The notes beneath the pieces are model-generated. The model was given only the letters and a program-made list of their open reading frames with translations, made no database searches and had not been told where the DNA came from. From NCBI GenBank assembly GCA_036386875.1, contig DASVUV010000058.1, forward strand, positions 9,873 through 73,872: DNA of 64,000 nucleotides, written 5' to 3'. The translations under genes and the position numbers were made by a program. This document shows, piece by piece, positions 1 to 7,465 of the stretch (within the stretch, counting starts at the first letter, position 1; the number at the start of each line of letters is the position of its first letter). Source of the DNA: Allosphingosinicella sp. (GTDB taxonomy: Bacteria; Pseudomonadota; Alphaproteobacteria; Sphingomonadales; Sphingomonadaceae).

Positions 1-1323
1 CAGCGCGATCGGTTCGGCGCGCACCGCCTTGCTCTTGGTTGCCGCGACGAGTTTCACGGGCAAGTCCGCGTCGATGCCGCGCAGCACCGCCGCGATCATC
101 TCGCCGCCCTGGTTCTTTTCGGCGACGATCCGGTCGACGCCGTAGAGCTGGGCCGCTTCGGCGACGCGGCGGGCCCAGCCTTCGGGGGAAAGGCCGCGGG
201 CGGTGAGGTCGGCCAGCACCCAGGCGGTGCCTTCCGAATCTTTTGCGCAGACGACTATGCCGCAGGAGTCGCCGCCGGTGGAGGCGGGGGGATCGAGGCC
301 GAGGATGATTCGGGTGTACCCATTCCTCCCCATCGCAAGATGGGGAGGGGAACCAGCGAAGCTGGTGGAGGGGTATGGGCCGTGGCCCTCGAGGGGGTCC
401 GCCAGGTCCTCGGCAGATACCCCACCACCACCCTTCGGGTGGTTCCCCTCCCCATGCTGCGCATGGGGAGGAACTAAGGCGCGCGCCGTTTCCAGCAATT
501 CCCTCGTCCACAGCGCGTTTTCGAAATCCTCCAGCAGTTCGCCGAGCAGTTCCTGCCGCGCCAGGCGGGTGCCGGCATATTGTTCGCGCATGGCGGCGAT
601 GAAGTCGCGTGGGAGGTGGGGGTTTTCCTCGGTCCGCCCACGCGTCACCGCGCAGCCGGGCAAAGCGAGGATGCGCTTGAGGAGCGGCACCGGCCTGGGC
701 GTGGTGGTGAGGATCGCGCGCGGGCGTTCCCCCAAACGCAGGCCCATGACGAGGTTGTTCCAGGCGTCTTCCAGGCAGCGCCACTTGGCGAATTCGTCGC
801 ACCAGGCGAAATGATGCTGCGGCCCGCGCAGCTTCTCGGGACGCTCGGCGGAGAAAGCGAAAGCCTGCGCGCCGGATGGGAAGAGGAGAAGTCCGCGGGT
901 TTGGATCCAGCGCGGCGCTTCGTGGCCGCGGGCAGTGGCGAGGAGACCGCTTTCGCCGTGGACCATCACCCGTTCGACCTCGTCTATGGTTGCGGCGACC
1001 AAGGCAATCCGGGCGGCGGGGTCGGCCCGCGCCCGCGCCCAGACCCATTCGGCGCCCGCCCGGGTCTTGCCGAAGCCGCGGCCCGCGACGATCGCCCAAT
1101 AGCGCCACAGGTCGTCCGGCTCGAGCTGGCCGCCATGCGCCTGCCAGCGCCACTCCTCGGCAAGGGCGCGCACCATGGAGGGCGGGTATATCTTCAAGGC
1201 GTGGCGGCACTGCTCCGGCGGCAGGCGCATCAGGACCAAAAGGATCGCAACGCAGCGGCGCCGGCTGAGCTTCGTGCCCGGCGGCGGGATGAGCGATTTG
1301 TACTCGATATCCGAGGCGTTCAC
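1..1323 (-). CDS. Large terminase / DNA-packaging ATPase of RcGTA-like type (3' end runs off the window)
   Basis: Manual translation from GTG at 1323, which overlaps the upstream TGA. Walker A AGRGFGKTRAGAEW, LRGPQHHFAWCDE (Walker B), TTTPRP coupling motif, then nuclease domain IILGLDPP...DSCGIVV...IVAEKNQGG. Absent from the ORF track because there is no stop in the window. Confidence 0.9.
   Translation of the reverse strand, partial: MNASDIEYKSLIPPPGTKLSRRRCVAILLVLMRLPPEQCRHALKIYPPSMVRALAEEWRWQAHGGQLEPDDLWRYWAIVAGRGFGKTRAGAEWVWARARADPAARIALVAATIDEVERVMVHGESGLLATARGHEAPRWIQTRGLLLFPSGAQAFAFSAERPEKLRGPQHHFAWCDEFAKWRCLEDAWNNLVMGLRLGERPRAILTTTPRPVPLLKRILALPGCAVTRGRTEENPHLPRDFIAAMREQYAGTRLARQELLGELLEDFENALWTRELLETARALVPPHAQHGEGNHPKGGGGVSAEDLADPLEGHGPYPSTSFAGSPPHLAMGRNGYTRIILGLDPPASTGGDSCGIVVCAKDSEGTAWVLADLTARGLSPEGWARRVAEAAQLYGVDRIVAEKNQGGEMIAAVLRGIDADLPVKLVAATKSKAVRAEPIAL
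322..476. repeat. Family A palindromic repeat (CCTCCCC..GGGGAGG composite), inserted in frame inside the terminase
   Basis: Same two inverted units (TTCCTCCCC-hairpin-GGGGAGGGGAACCA-hairpin-TGGTGGAGGGGTA) as the intergenic copies; reading frame checked codon by codon. Confidence 0.92.
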
Positions 1324-2123
1324 GGCGTTTCCCCGGGCAGGGGGCCGGCGATGCGAGTCGGGAGTTCACCCTCGCCTCCAGGCAAGAGATCTCCGCCGTC
1401 CTCGGGCGGCAGATCGCCGTCCTTGAGGTGGCCGAGTGCGCGAAGCCGCTTTTCAAGCGCTTCGATCGCCTGCTCGAAGGTCCAGGCCTCCTTGGCCAGC
1501 GGTGCGCGCGAGCGCGGGCCGACGCCGCCGCCTTTGCGGTCCCAGCGCGCGAGCAGCTTCATCACCCGCTCGAATTCCTGCGCCATTTCGCCGCTGGGCT
1601 CGAGATTGTCGCTGAGGCGTTGTTGCGCCTGCAGCCGCTGGCGGACGGCTTCGGCCTCCAGCAGCGCGACGGCGTGGGTCAGCGCTTCCTGCCAGGCCGC
1701 CGCGAAATCCGGATGTTTGCGGCGGCGTTTGTTGACGGTTGCAATGCACACGCCCGCGGCGGCGGCGGATGCGTTGGCGTCGGCGGTGGCGGCAAAGTGG
1801 TTCAGGAAGGCCTGCTGGCGGGTTTCGTTGAACTTGAGCCGCTTGCTGGACCGGCGCTGAAGCGGCCGGTTGCTGTTCGGTGCGATGTGCGGGGCATCGC
1901 TGCCGCCGCCGCCGCCGAACTGCAGCGCGGCCAGGACCTTGGCCTGGCCTTGCTCCAGGTCGTGGAGCTCCATCGCCAGCAGGCAGGCATATCGGAACAC
2001 CGCGTCGTGCCCGCGCCAGCTCTCGATCTTCCTTGCGGGCAAGCCGGCGGCCGCCGCCGCCTGCTTGCGGGTGCCGCCGGCACGCAGCGCCTCGATGCAC
2101 CGCATCATCGCCTCCCGGTCCAT
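1320..2123 (-). CDS. Putative small terminase subunit (GTA g1-like) with two HTH-like repeats
   Basis: Immediately upstream of and coupled to the large terminase (GTGA overlap). Motif FLNHFAATADANASAAAAGVCIATVNKRRRKHPDFAAAWQEAL resembles small-terminase HTH. Start ATG 2123 chosen because it lies downstream of the LexA box and -10. Confidence 0.7.
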   Translation of the reverse strand: MDREAMMRCIEALRAGGTRKQAAAAAGLPARKIESWRGHDAVFRYACLLAMELHDLEQGQAKVLAALQFGGGGGSDAPHIAPNSNRPLQRRSSKRLKFNETRQQAFLNHFAATADANASAAAAGVCIATVNKRRRKHPDFAAAWQEALTHAVALLEAEAVRQRLQAQQRLSDNLEPSGEMAQEFERVMKLLARWDRKGGGVGPRSRAPLAKEAWTFEQAIEALEKRLRALGHLKDGDLPPEDGGDLLPGGEGELPTRIAGPLPGETP

Positions 2124-2175
2124 GGGGGGACGGCGGCGCCTTGCCGGCTCGAATCGGGTTCCTGTTCCATTTGGC

Positions 2176-2196
2176 AGTCTAGAACACAAAGGGAAC
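2176..2196 (-). promoter_or_regulatory. LexA (SOS) box GTTC-N7-GTTC adjoining a TAGACT -10 element, upstream of the terminase operon
   Basis: + strand GAAC-ACAAAGG-GAAC at 2182-2196 is the alphaproteobacterial LexA consensus; AGTCTA at 2176-2181. Confidence 0.65.
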
Positions 2197-2259
2197 GATG
2201 TAGGAAAATGTTTTTTTGGAGGATGTGGGTCCGGTGCTTTGCTTCATCCGTCCGGGCAA

Positions 2260-2378
2260 TTACCCCTCCACCACACTTAGTGCGACGGCTGCTGCGCACC
2301 GGGTTCCGGCTCTCGGCATGCCCCCGGCATGCCGACCCGCCTCCACTCCCCTCCCCATGCTTTGCATGGGAAGGAACT
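2260..2378. repeat. Family A half element carrying a ~60-bp nested insert
   Basis: TACCCCTCCACCAC...TCCCCTCCCCATGCTTTGCATGGGAAGGAACT, with extra sequence at ~2285-2346. Confidence 0.75.
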
Positions 2379-2412
2379 TGGCCGTTTCCGGCGCAGCCGC
2401 GCGCATGCCCTG

Positions 2413-2610
2413 GTTCCTCCCCGCGCGCAGAGCGCGTGGGGAGGGGAACCACCCGAAGGGTGGTGGAGGGGTAACTTCCTTCAATAGCGATGCGGAGGGC
2501 CGTAGCGACCACCGTCGCAGGAAGTGCGCTGTTTTCTTAGGGCCGCTGCTCCTACCCCTCCACCACACTTCTCGTGGTTCCCCTCCCCATGCTTCGCACG
2601 GGGAGGAACT
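2413..2610. repeat. Family A palindromic repeat
   Basis: GTTCCTCCCC...GGGGAGGGGAACCACCCGAAGGGTGGTGGAGGGGTA plus an inverted partner ending GGGGAGGAACT. Confidence 0.9.
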
Positions 2611-2683
2611 TGGGGGTGGCCGCCTCGAATGGGGGTGACAGGCGCGCGGGGGATTGGCAAAGGCGGGGCAGGAGACAGGTCGC

Positions 2684-2929
2684 ATGGCAATTTACCATAT
2701 CGAGCTTCGAACCGCGAACCGGGTGTGGGAAACGGTGAATGTCGAACGTGACAGCCTGCTGGCGCTGCGCATCGAGATGGCGCGCTTCGTCGGACAGCTC
2801 CTGAAAGACCATGCCGAGGAAATCTGGGCGGACCGCGACTGGCGCGTGGACGTAACCGACTCGACCGGGCTGATCCTCTACGTCATGCACCTGTCGGCAA
2901 CCGACACCGCCGCGACCATGCCGCGCTAG
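2684..2929 (+). CDS. Small DUF6894-like protein
   Basis: 81 aa; MAIYHIEL...WRVDVTDSTGLILYV pattern; GGAGA RBS upstream. Confidence 0.65.
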   Translation: MAIYHIELRTANRVWETVNVERDSLLALRIEMARFVGQLLKDHAEEIWADRDWRVDVTDSTGLILYVMHLSATDTAATMPR

Positions 2930-3094
2930 GGCGCTTTGCGGCCTCAAGCCTTGATCCAATCCGCGGAGCCGATGCCGGGCCGGACCGTGCCAGCCGTTGA
3001 ACGTCCGTTGGGGGGGAGCGGACGGCAGGCCGATTGTCCGCGATGGGTGGAAAGCGGACATTGATGGGGGCTGCTGATTTTGCGATGCGGAGAC

Positions 3095-3400
3095 ATGATC
3101 GATCAGCTTTTTAAGTTTCTGGCCAACGGGGTCGTGGAACGCGCGTCAGGCTACCGACCGGGAGCCCGGCATCCTCTCATGTTTTATGCGGCTGAACGCT
3201 CCCTTGAAGCCGCGCAACAACGAGCAAGTGACTTTGGCGGCAAAAAAGGCTGGGCCCACATCGAGTTCAAACGAGGAAAGGAAATCAGCCGCGACACTCA
3301 GTTAATCGCCGACGAGACACTGAGGTCCGCCGCAGAGAAGGCTTTACAGAGCGGGGTAACGCTTGTGGTTTATTCGGTCGAGATACCGGCAGACGGGTGA
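3095..3400 (+). CDS. Hypothetical protein (cassette ORF 1)
   Basis: ATG 3095 with GGAGA RBS; many A/T-ending codons; stop 6 bp before a 30-bp site. Confidence 0.6.
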   Translation: MIDQLFKFLANGVVERASGYRPGARHPLMFYAAERSLEAAQQRASDFGGKKGWAHIEFKRGKEISRDTQLIADETLRSAAEKALQSGVTLVVYSVEIPADG

Positions 3401-3443
3401 CCACGGAATGTCCGGTATGGGTGGTAAGCGGACTTTGCCGTCA

Positions 3444-3829
3444 TCAGCAACTTGTATCGGAGAACGGGTAGGCGACGACTTGATGTTCGTCTTGGTAGAG
3501 CACGTAACCGGGTCGCCTGTCTCGGAGCATGTGCACGACGTAGCCGTAGCTTTCGAGAACGGCCTGATACTCTCGCATCCGCCCAATCTGCTCCGTAGCC
3601 GTATCTCGGAACCAGCTTATCGCTTGCGCCTTTCGATGGGGTTTGAAGAGAGCGCGAAGCGCGTCGGGGCTGGCAGGTTCTCTCGGAACCATTGCTCTGC
3701 CTCGTCGAGCCGCTGCTTATCGTTTTCACTCATCTGTCCGGACGCACGAAGTTCAACGGCCGCTTGGAAAAGGCCTTGCCTGCGACCAGAATCCTCGTCG
3801 CGGGCTGCAATCACGAACCGGATGAACAT
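3444..3829 (-). pseudogene. Conserved-looking hypothetical protein split by a -1 frameshift (cassette ORF 2)
   Basis: MFIRFVIAARDEDSGRRQGLFQA...WFRENLPAPTRFALSS continues in the -1 frame as KPHRKAQAISWFRDTA...PGYVLYQDEHQVVAYPF; shift at A-AAC-CCC (3638-3644). Confidence 0.7.
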
Positions 3830-3929
3830 GGCACCTTATGCGGCTGCGCGGGACCAGTGCGCAATGTCCGCACTGGGTCGAAAGAAGACGTCGGCCGAGC
3901 GTTTGCAGCGGGTGGGAAGCGGACATTCG

Positions 3930-4052
3930 CTAAAAGAGTAACAAGGCGAATGGCAAGAGGGCTAGGCCGATCGCAAGCCAGACTAAGGTGGCACTCACGG
4001 CCAACCTCCGACCACTTCCATCATGCTTTTCATTCGTCCGATCGTTCCGCAC
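3930..4052 (-). CDS. Possible 40-aa single-TM peptide
   Basis: GTG start; MRNDRTNEKHDGSGRRLAVSATLVWLAIGLALLPFALLLF; TAG lies 2 bp from the 3898-3927 site. Confidence 0.35.
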   Translation of the reverse strand: MRNDRTNEKHDGSGRRLAVSATLVWLAIGLALLPFALLLF

Positions 4053-4112
4053 GCCGTGCTTGAGAGTCGAGGGTGGGTCCTGCCGAGTGCCGCCGGCCGA
4101 TCGGAACCGCGA

Positions 4113-4316
4113 TCAGCGGGCCTGGGCGACCCGCTTGCCCGCCCAGATCCCGAAACCGATCCCGTAGAGCGCGTATGCGGCCGAGCAGGCGAGCGCCACG
4201 AAGGTGAGCGACGAGGCGGGCTGCGAGAAAGCAAAAGCGTTGAGCGCGGTCAGCAGAACCGCTCCGATCCAGAGCGGGATCGAACGGCGCATCACGGTGA
4301 GGTTCGGTTCGCGCAT
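4113..4316 (-). CDS. Small two-TM membrane protein
   Basis: MREPNLTVMRRSIPLWIGAVLLTALNAFAFS...; two hydrophobic segments. Confidence 0.5.
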   Translation of the reverse strand: MREPNLTVMRRSIPLWIGAVLLTALNAFAFSQPASSLTFVALACSAAYALYGIGFGIWAGKRVAQAR

Positions 4317-4486
4317 GGTGGTTTTCTCGCTTTGGGAGAGGTGTTTTGTGTCACGGCTGCGCGCCCTGGGCAATGGCGGGAGCCGGGACGGGACGGGGTC
4401 GGCGGGCGGGGGGGCGGGGCGGGCGCCCGCAAGGGGTGGAAAGCGGGCGTCGCAGTGGGTAGGCTTCAACCGTTAGGGGAGAGCGT

Positions 4487-4831
4487 ATGCGCAGGTTTGC
4501 CGCACTGGTTGGAATGGCCCTGGTTGTAAGCGGCGCACCGTCCCCGGCGCAGGCGCCGCCGGCCGCGGTGACGGCGGATCCGGAGCTCACCAAAGTCTAT
4601 GAGGCCGCGTTCCGCACGGCCTTTCGCGACAAGTTCATCAGCCAGTGCGTGGCATCGGCCGTAAAGCCGAGGGCGGCCGGATTCGACGTTACCCCCACCT
4701 GCACGTGCGGCGCCGACAGGCTTCTGGCGTCGAACACCGTTGATCAGCTTAGCCGGATGGATCGTTCGGACCCGGTGATCCTGGCCGCGGCGAAGCAGTG
4801 CGCCGCGAGCAATCCGCCGGTTAAGGGGTAG
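4487..4831 (+). CDS. Secreted small protein with four Cys
   Basis: Signal peptide MRRFAALVGMALVVSGAPSPAQA; GGGGAG RBS; C...CTC...C. Confidence 0.65.
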   Translation: MRRFAALVGMALVVSGAPSPAQAPPAAVTADPELTKVYEAAFRTAFRDKFISQCVASAVKPRAAGFDVTPTCTCGADRLLASNTVDQLSRMDRSDPVILAAAKQCAASNPPVKG

Positions 4832-4905
4832 GAACGGGAGATCGGCGGCCCTGATTTGCCCGCCATCCGCCACGTCATGCGCATGCTCAAGATGCCGCGC
4901 GATAC

Positions 4906-5859
4906 TTATGGCTTCTTCTTGGCCCGGTAGTCGGGGGTGGGCGGGCCCGAGATCAGCGTGCCGGCGCCGCCGCCCTCCACCGCCTGAAGCTGCGCGTTGA
5001 GCGCGGCGACGCCTTCGCGGGCGGCGCCGATCCTCGGGCCGGCGCCGGCGACGCTGGCCGAGAAGCTTTGCACGCCCGGCCGGGCGGCGGCGAGGCGGGC
5101 GTTGGCCGCGGCGATCGCCTTGCGCGTGTCGGCAAGCGAGACCTTGAGGTCCCGGCTGGCGGCGCGGCTGCGCGCATCGAGATTGCGGCGCAGGGTTCGG
5201 GCCTGCGCGGCCATCGCGGTGGCGGAGGCGGCGCTGTCGCGAAGGCTCTGGCGGGCGGGGGCGATGCGGGCGCCGGTTGCCGGTGCAAGGGCGGCGGCCT
5301 CGGCGCTTGCCGCTTCCATCCGGCGCAGCTTGGCGGTGAGCAGGCGCTGCTGCTCGGGCGAAGTGGCGGCAAGCAGCCGGTCGGTCGCAAACGCAATCGA
5401 TTCCACCATGGGGGTGGGATCGTTGACCAGCGCCCCGAGGCCGCCGGCGTCCAGCGGAATAACCGGCGCGTCCTCGCCGTTGCGGGCGAGGAGCGGGCGG
5501 GCGGAGCGGTTCTGCCGCTCAAGACTAAGGAGGGCGGTGCCGAAGAGGAGGTCGCCGCTGAGGCGGGCGACGGTGCCTTCGGTGATGGCGAGATTGTCGT
5601 CGGTGACGTCGATCCGGACGCGGACGCCGCCGGGGTGAGCGCGGTCGAGCGCAACCGAGCTTACCCGGCCGACCGGCACGCCGGAAAAGGTCACGGGCGA
5701 ACCGACGAGGAGGCCGGACACGGATTGGGTCATGACGATGTCGAACGGCCGCCCGCTGCTGCGCCGGTTGGCGGTGAGCCACAAGGTGAAGGCCAAGATC
5801 GCCGCGATCACGAGCGCAACGACCAGGCTGACCAGGATTTTGTTCGAGCGGGTTTCCAC
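4906..5859 (-). CDS. MlaD/MCE family protein
   Basis: (M)ETRSNKILV, TM helix, SVSGLLVGSPVTFSGVPVGRV MCE motif, helical C-terminus. Confidence 0.85.
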   Translation of the reverse strand: METRSNKILVSLVVALVIAAILAFTLWLTANRRSSGRPFDIVMTQSVSGLLVGSPVTFSGVPVGRVSSVALDRAHPGGVRVRIDVTDDNLAITEGTVARLSGDLLFGTALLSLERQNRSARPLLARNGEDAPVIPLDAGGLGALVNDPTPMVESIAFATDRLLAATSPEQQRLLTAKLRRMEAASAEAAALAPATGARIAPARQSLRDSAASATAMAAQARTLRRNLDARSRAASRDLKVSLADTRKAIAAANARLAAARPGVQSFSASVAGAGPRIGAAREGVAALNAQLQAVEGGGAGTLISGPPTPDYRAKKKP

Positions 5860-5996
5860 CGGGTTCTGGTTAGCGGGTGGAGGGGCGGGAGGCAATTGGG
5901 GGTTGCGGGGGCGGGAAGGGGAAGTCCGCTGCATCCATCCGGCGCCGGGTTCGTTATGGGGGCGAAAGTTTCAACATCAGCAGGAGGACCAAGTTT

Positions 5997-6362
5997 ATGG
6001 CCGATCTCAGCCAGGTTCGCGAACATATGGACATTGTCGGCGCCGACGGGGTGCATGTCGGCACGGTGGATAAGGTGGAAGGCAACCGGATCAAGCTGAT
6101 CAAGGCGGATTCGGGCTCGCACAAGGGCCACCACCATTATGTGTCCGCGGGGCTTGTCGCGGCGGTGGAGGACGGCAAGGTGCGGCTCTCGGCCAACGGC
6201 GCGAATGCGGCGCTGCTTGAGGAAGAAGCGGACGGGCACGGCCTTGGCGAGCAGAGCGTGTTTTCGTGGCGCAACATCGGCCTCGGCGCGGCGGCGGCGG
6301 GCATTGCCGCGGCGGCGGGGGCGTTCTTCTATCGCCGGCGGAGCGAGCGCGACGAGGATTAA
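5997..6362 (+). CDS. DUF2171-domain protein with C-terminal TM tail
   Basis: MADLSQVREHMDIVGADGVHVGTVDKVEGNRIKL...HHHYV; AGGAGG RBS. Confidence 0.8.
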   Translation: MADLSQVREHMDIVGADGVHVGTVDKVEGNRIKLIKADSGSHKGHHHYVSAGLVAAVEDGKVRLSANGANAALLEEEADGHGLGEQSVFSWRNIGLGAAAAGIAAAAGAFFYRRRSERDED

Positions 6363-6399
6363 GGGGGGCGCTGATCCGCGCCGCTACGCGAAGTTCTAT

Positions 6400-6500
6400 T
6401 GTCACCCCCGCGAAAGCCCGGGTCCCGCTTCTTGTTCTTCCCTGCTCGCAAAAGGCAGAAGGGAGAAGAAGCGGGATTCCCGCTTTCGCGGGGATGACGG
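6400..6500. repeat. Family B palindromic repeat (GTCA-CCCGCGAAAGCGGG type, inverted pair)
   Basis: GTCACCCCCGCGAAAGCCCGGGTCCCGCTT...AAGCGGGATTCCCGCTTTCGCGGGGATGAC between convergent genes. Confidence 0.85.
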
Positions 6501-6512
6501 GGTGTGCCTGAC

Positions 6513-6992
6513 CTAGTGCGCGTCTTCGGCGCGGTAGGTGGTGTGGCAGGCTCCGCAGGCGGCGCCGGTGGCTTTGACGGCGGCGGCGAAGGCGGGTTTG
6601 TCGTTGGCGGAAGCTGCGGCGAGGAGCTGGGCGGTGGCGGCCTGGAAGCCGGCGGCTCTGGCTTCGAAGCCGGTCCGGTCGCTCCACACGGCGGGCAGCG
6701 CCCGGCTGGCCGGGAGATCGGTGCCGGGCGGGAACATGCCGGGGATGGCCGTCGCCCAGCGGTTGAGGCCGCGCGCGCCGAAGGTGAGGGGTTTCAGGTC
6801 CGCGCCGCTTTCGGCGGCCGCGCGCATCGCGCCGAAGGTGGCGGCGGTGAGGTTGAAAGCGGCCTGGCGGGCGGCGACGGTTTCGGCCGGGCCCGCGCGG
6901 TGGACCATCGGCGGGGCGGGCGCTTCCGCCACAGTGGTGGCGGCCGCGCAGCCGGTGAGAGCCAGAGCAAAGGCGGCGGCGGCGCGCTTCAT
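6513..6992 (-). CDS. Cytochrome c'/c556 (class II cytochrome c), lipoprotein-type signal
   Basis: C-terminal CGACH; MFPPGT..SRALPAVW motif; LALTGC lipobox. Confidence 0.88.
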   Translation of the reverse strand: MKRAAAAFALALTGCAAATTVAEAPAPPMVHRAGPAETVAARQAAFNLTAATFGAMRAAAESGADLKPLTFGARGLNRWATAIPGMFPPGTDLPASRALPAVWSDRTGFEARAAGFQAATAQLLAAASANDKPAFAAAVKATGAACGACHTTYRAEDAH

Positions 6993-7465
6993 TGGGGATC
7001 TCCGGCAGGCAAGGCGGGGGTTGGGGCGAGCGGCTCAACGTGGAGGCAGGCGCCGTCCGCGCCGGTGACCCGAACGGCGGCGCCCGCGGGTGCGTCGGGG
7101 CCGCGGCAGGCCCAGACGCTGTCGCCGACAATCACCCGGCCGCGGCCGTTCTCGATCGCGCTGGCCAGCGTCAGGGTCTCGCCGACCAGGCGGGCGGCGC
7201 GGTGGTTGAGCAGGGGATCGCTGGTCGCCACCGGGTGGCTCAGATACCAGCGCCGGCCGGCATAAACCGTTGCGACCGAGAAGAGGGTGAAGAGGACGAG
7301 CTGGAACGGCAGGGTGATGCCGAGCAGCATGGTGGCGAGGCCGGTGAGGGCGGCGGCGGCGGCGAGCCAGATCAGGAATACGCCGGGCGAGACCAGTTCG
7401 CCGATACCGAACAGTATCGCGGCGAGCAGCCACAGCCAGTGCGGTTCGAGGTCGAGACCGTTCAC
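6989..7465 (-). CDS. NfeD family membrane protein
   Basis: [36 protein letters not shown]; partner of the SPFH gene. Confidence 0.9.
   Translation of the reverse strand: MNGLDLEPHWLWLLAAILFGIGELVSPGVFLIWLAAAAALTGLATMLLGITLPFQLVLFTLFSVATVYAGRRWYLSHPVATSDPLLNHRAARLVGETLTLASAIENGRGRVIVGDSVWACRGPDAPAGAAVRVTGADGACLHVEPLAPTPALPAGDPQ

Larger units (their letters stand above)
3000..4451 (+). repeat. Dispersed direct repeats of a 30-bp imperfect palindrome (AATGTCCGCnnT-GGGTGG-AAAGCGGACATT) delimiting small ORFs
   Basis: Copies at 3033-3062, 3407-3436, 3863-3892, 3898-3927 and 4422-4451, plus a degenerate copy at 3000-3026; all in the same orientation. Confidence 0.85.

Noticed and set aside
203-1860. 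Plus-strand ORFs 203..814 and 580..1860
   Set aside because: Antisense shadows of the terminase genes on the minus strand.
2105-2751. Short ORFs across family A repeats (also near 15.7, 23.9, 31.5, 40.2 and 52 kb)
   Set aside because: Translations of the repeat itself, with no independent coding evidence.
3000-4451. CRISPR array or classical integron attC sites
   Set aside because: Spacers are either 5-6 bp or 340-500 bp and contain ORFs; no cas or intI gene; the 30-bp sites lack RYYYAAC/GTTRRRY ends and are shorter than attC.
5930-5956. EcfG-type promoters upstream of the DUF2171 gene and the 36036 lipoprotein
   Set aside because: Only partial matches (GCATC-N16-CGTT; GAAAC-N16-TGTT), too weak to call.
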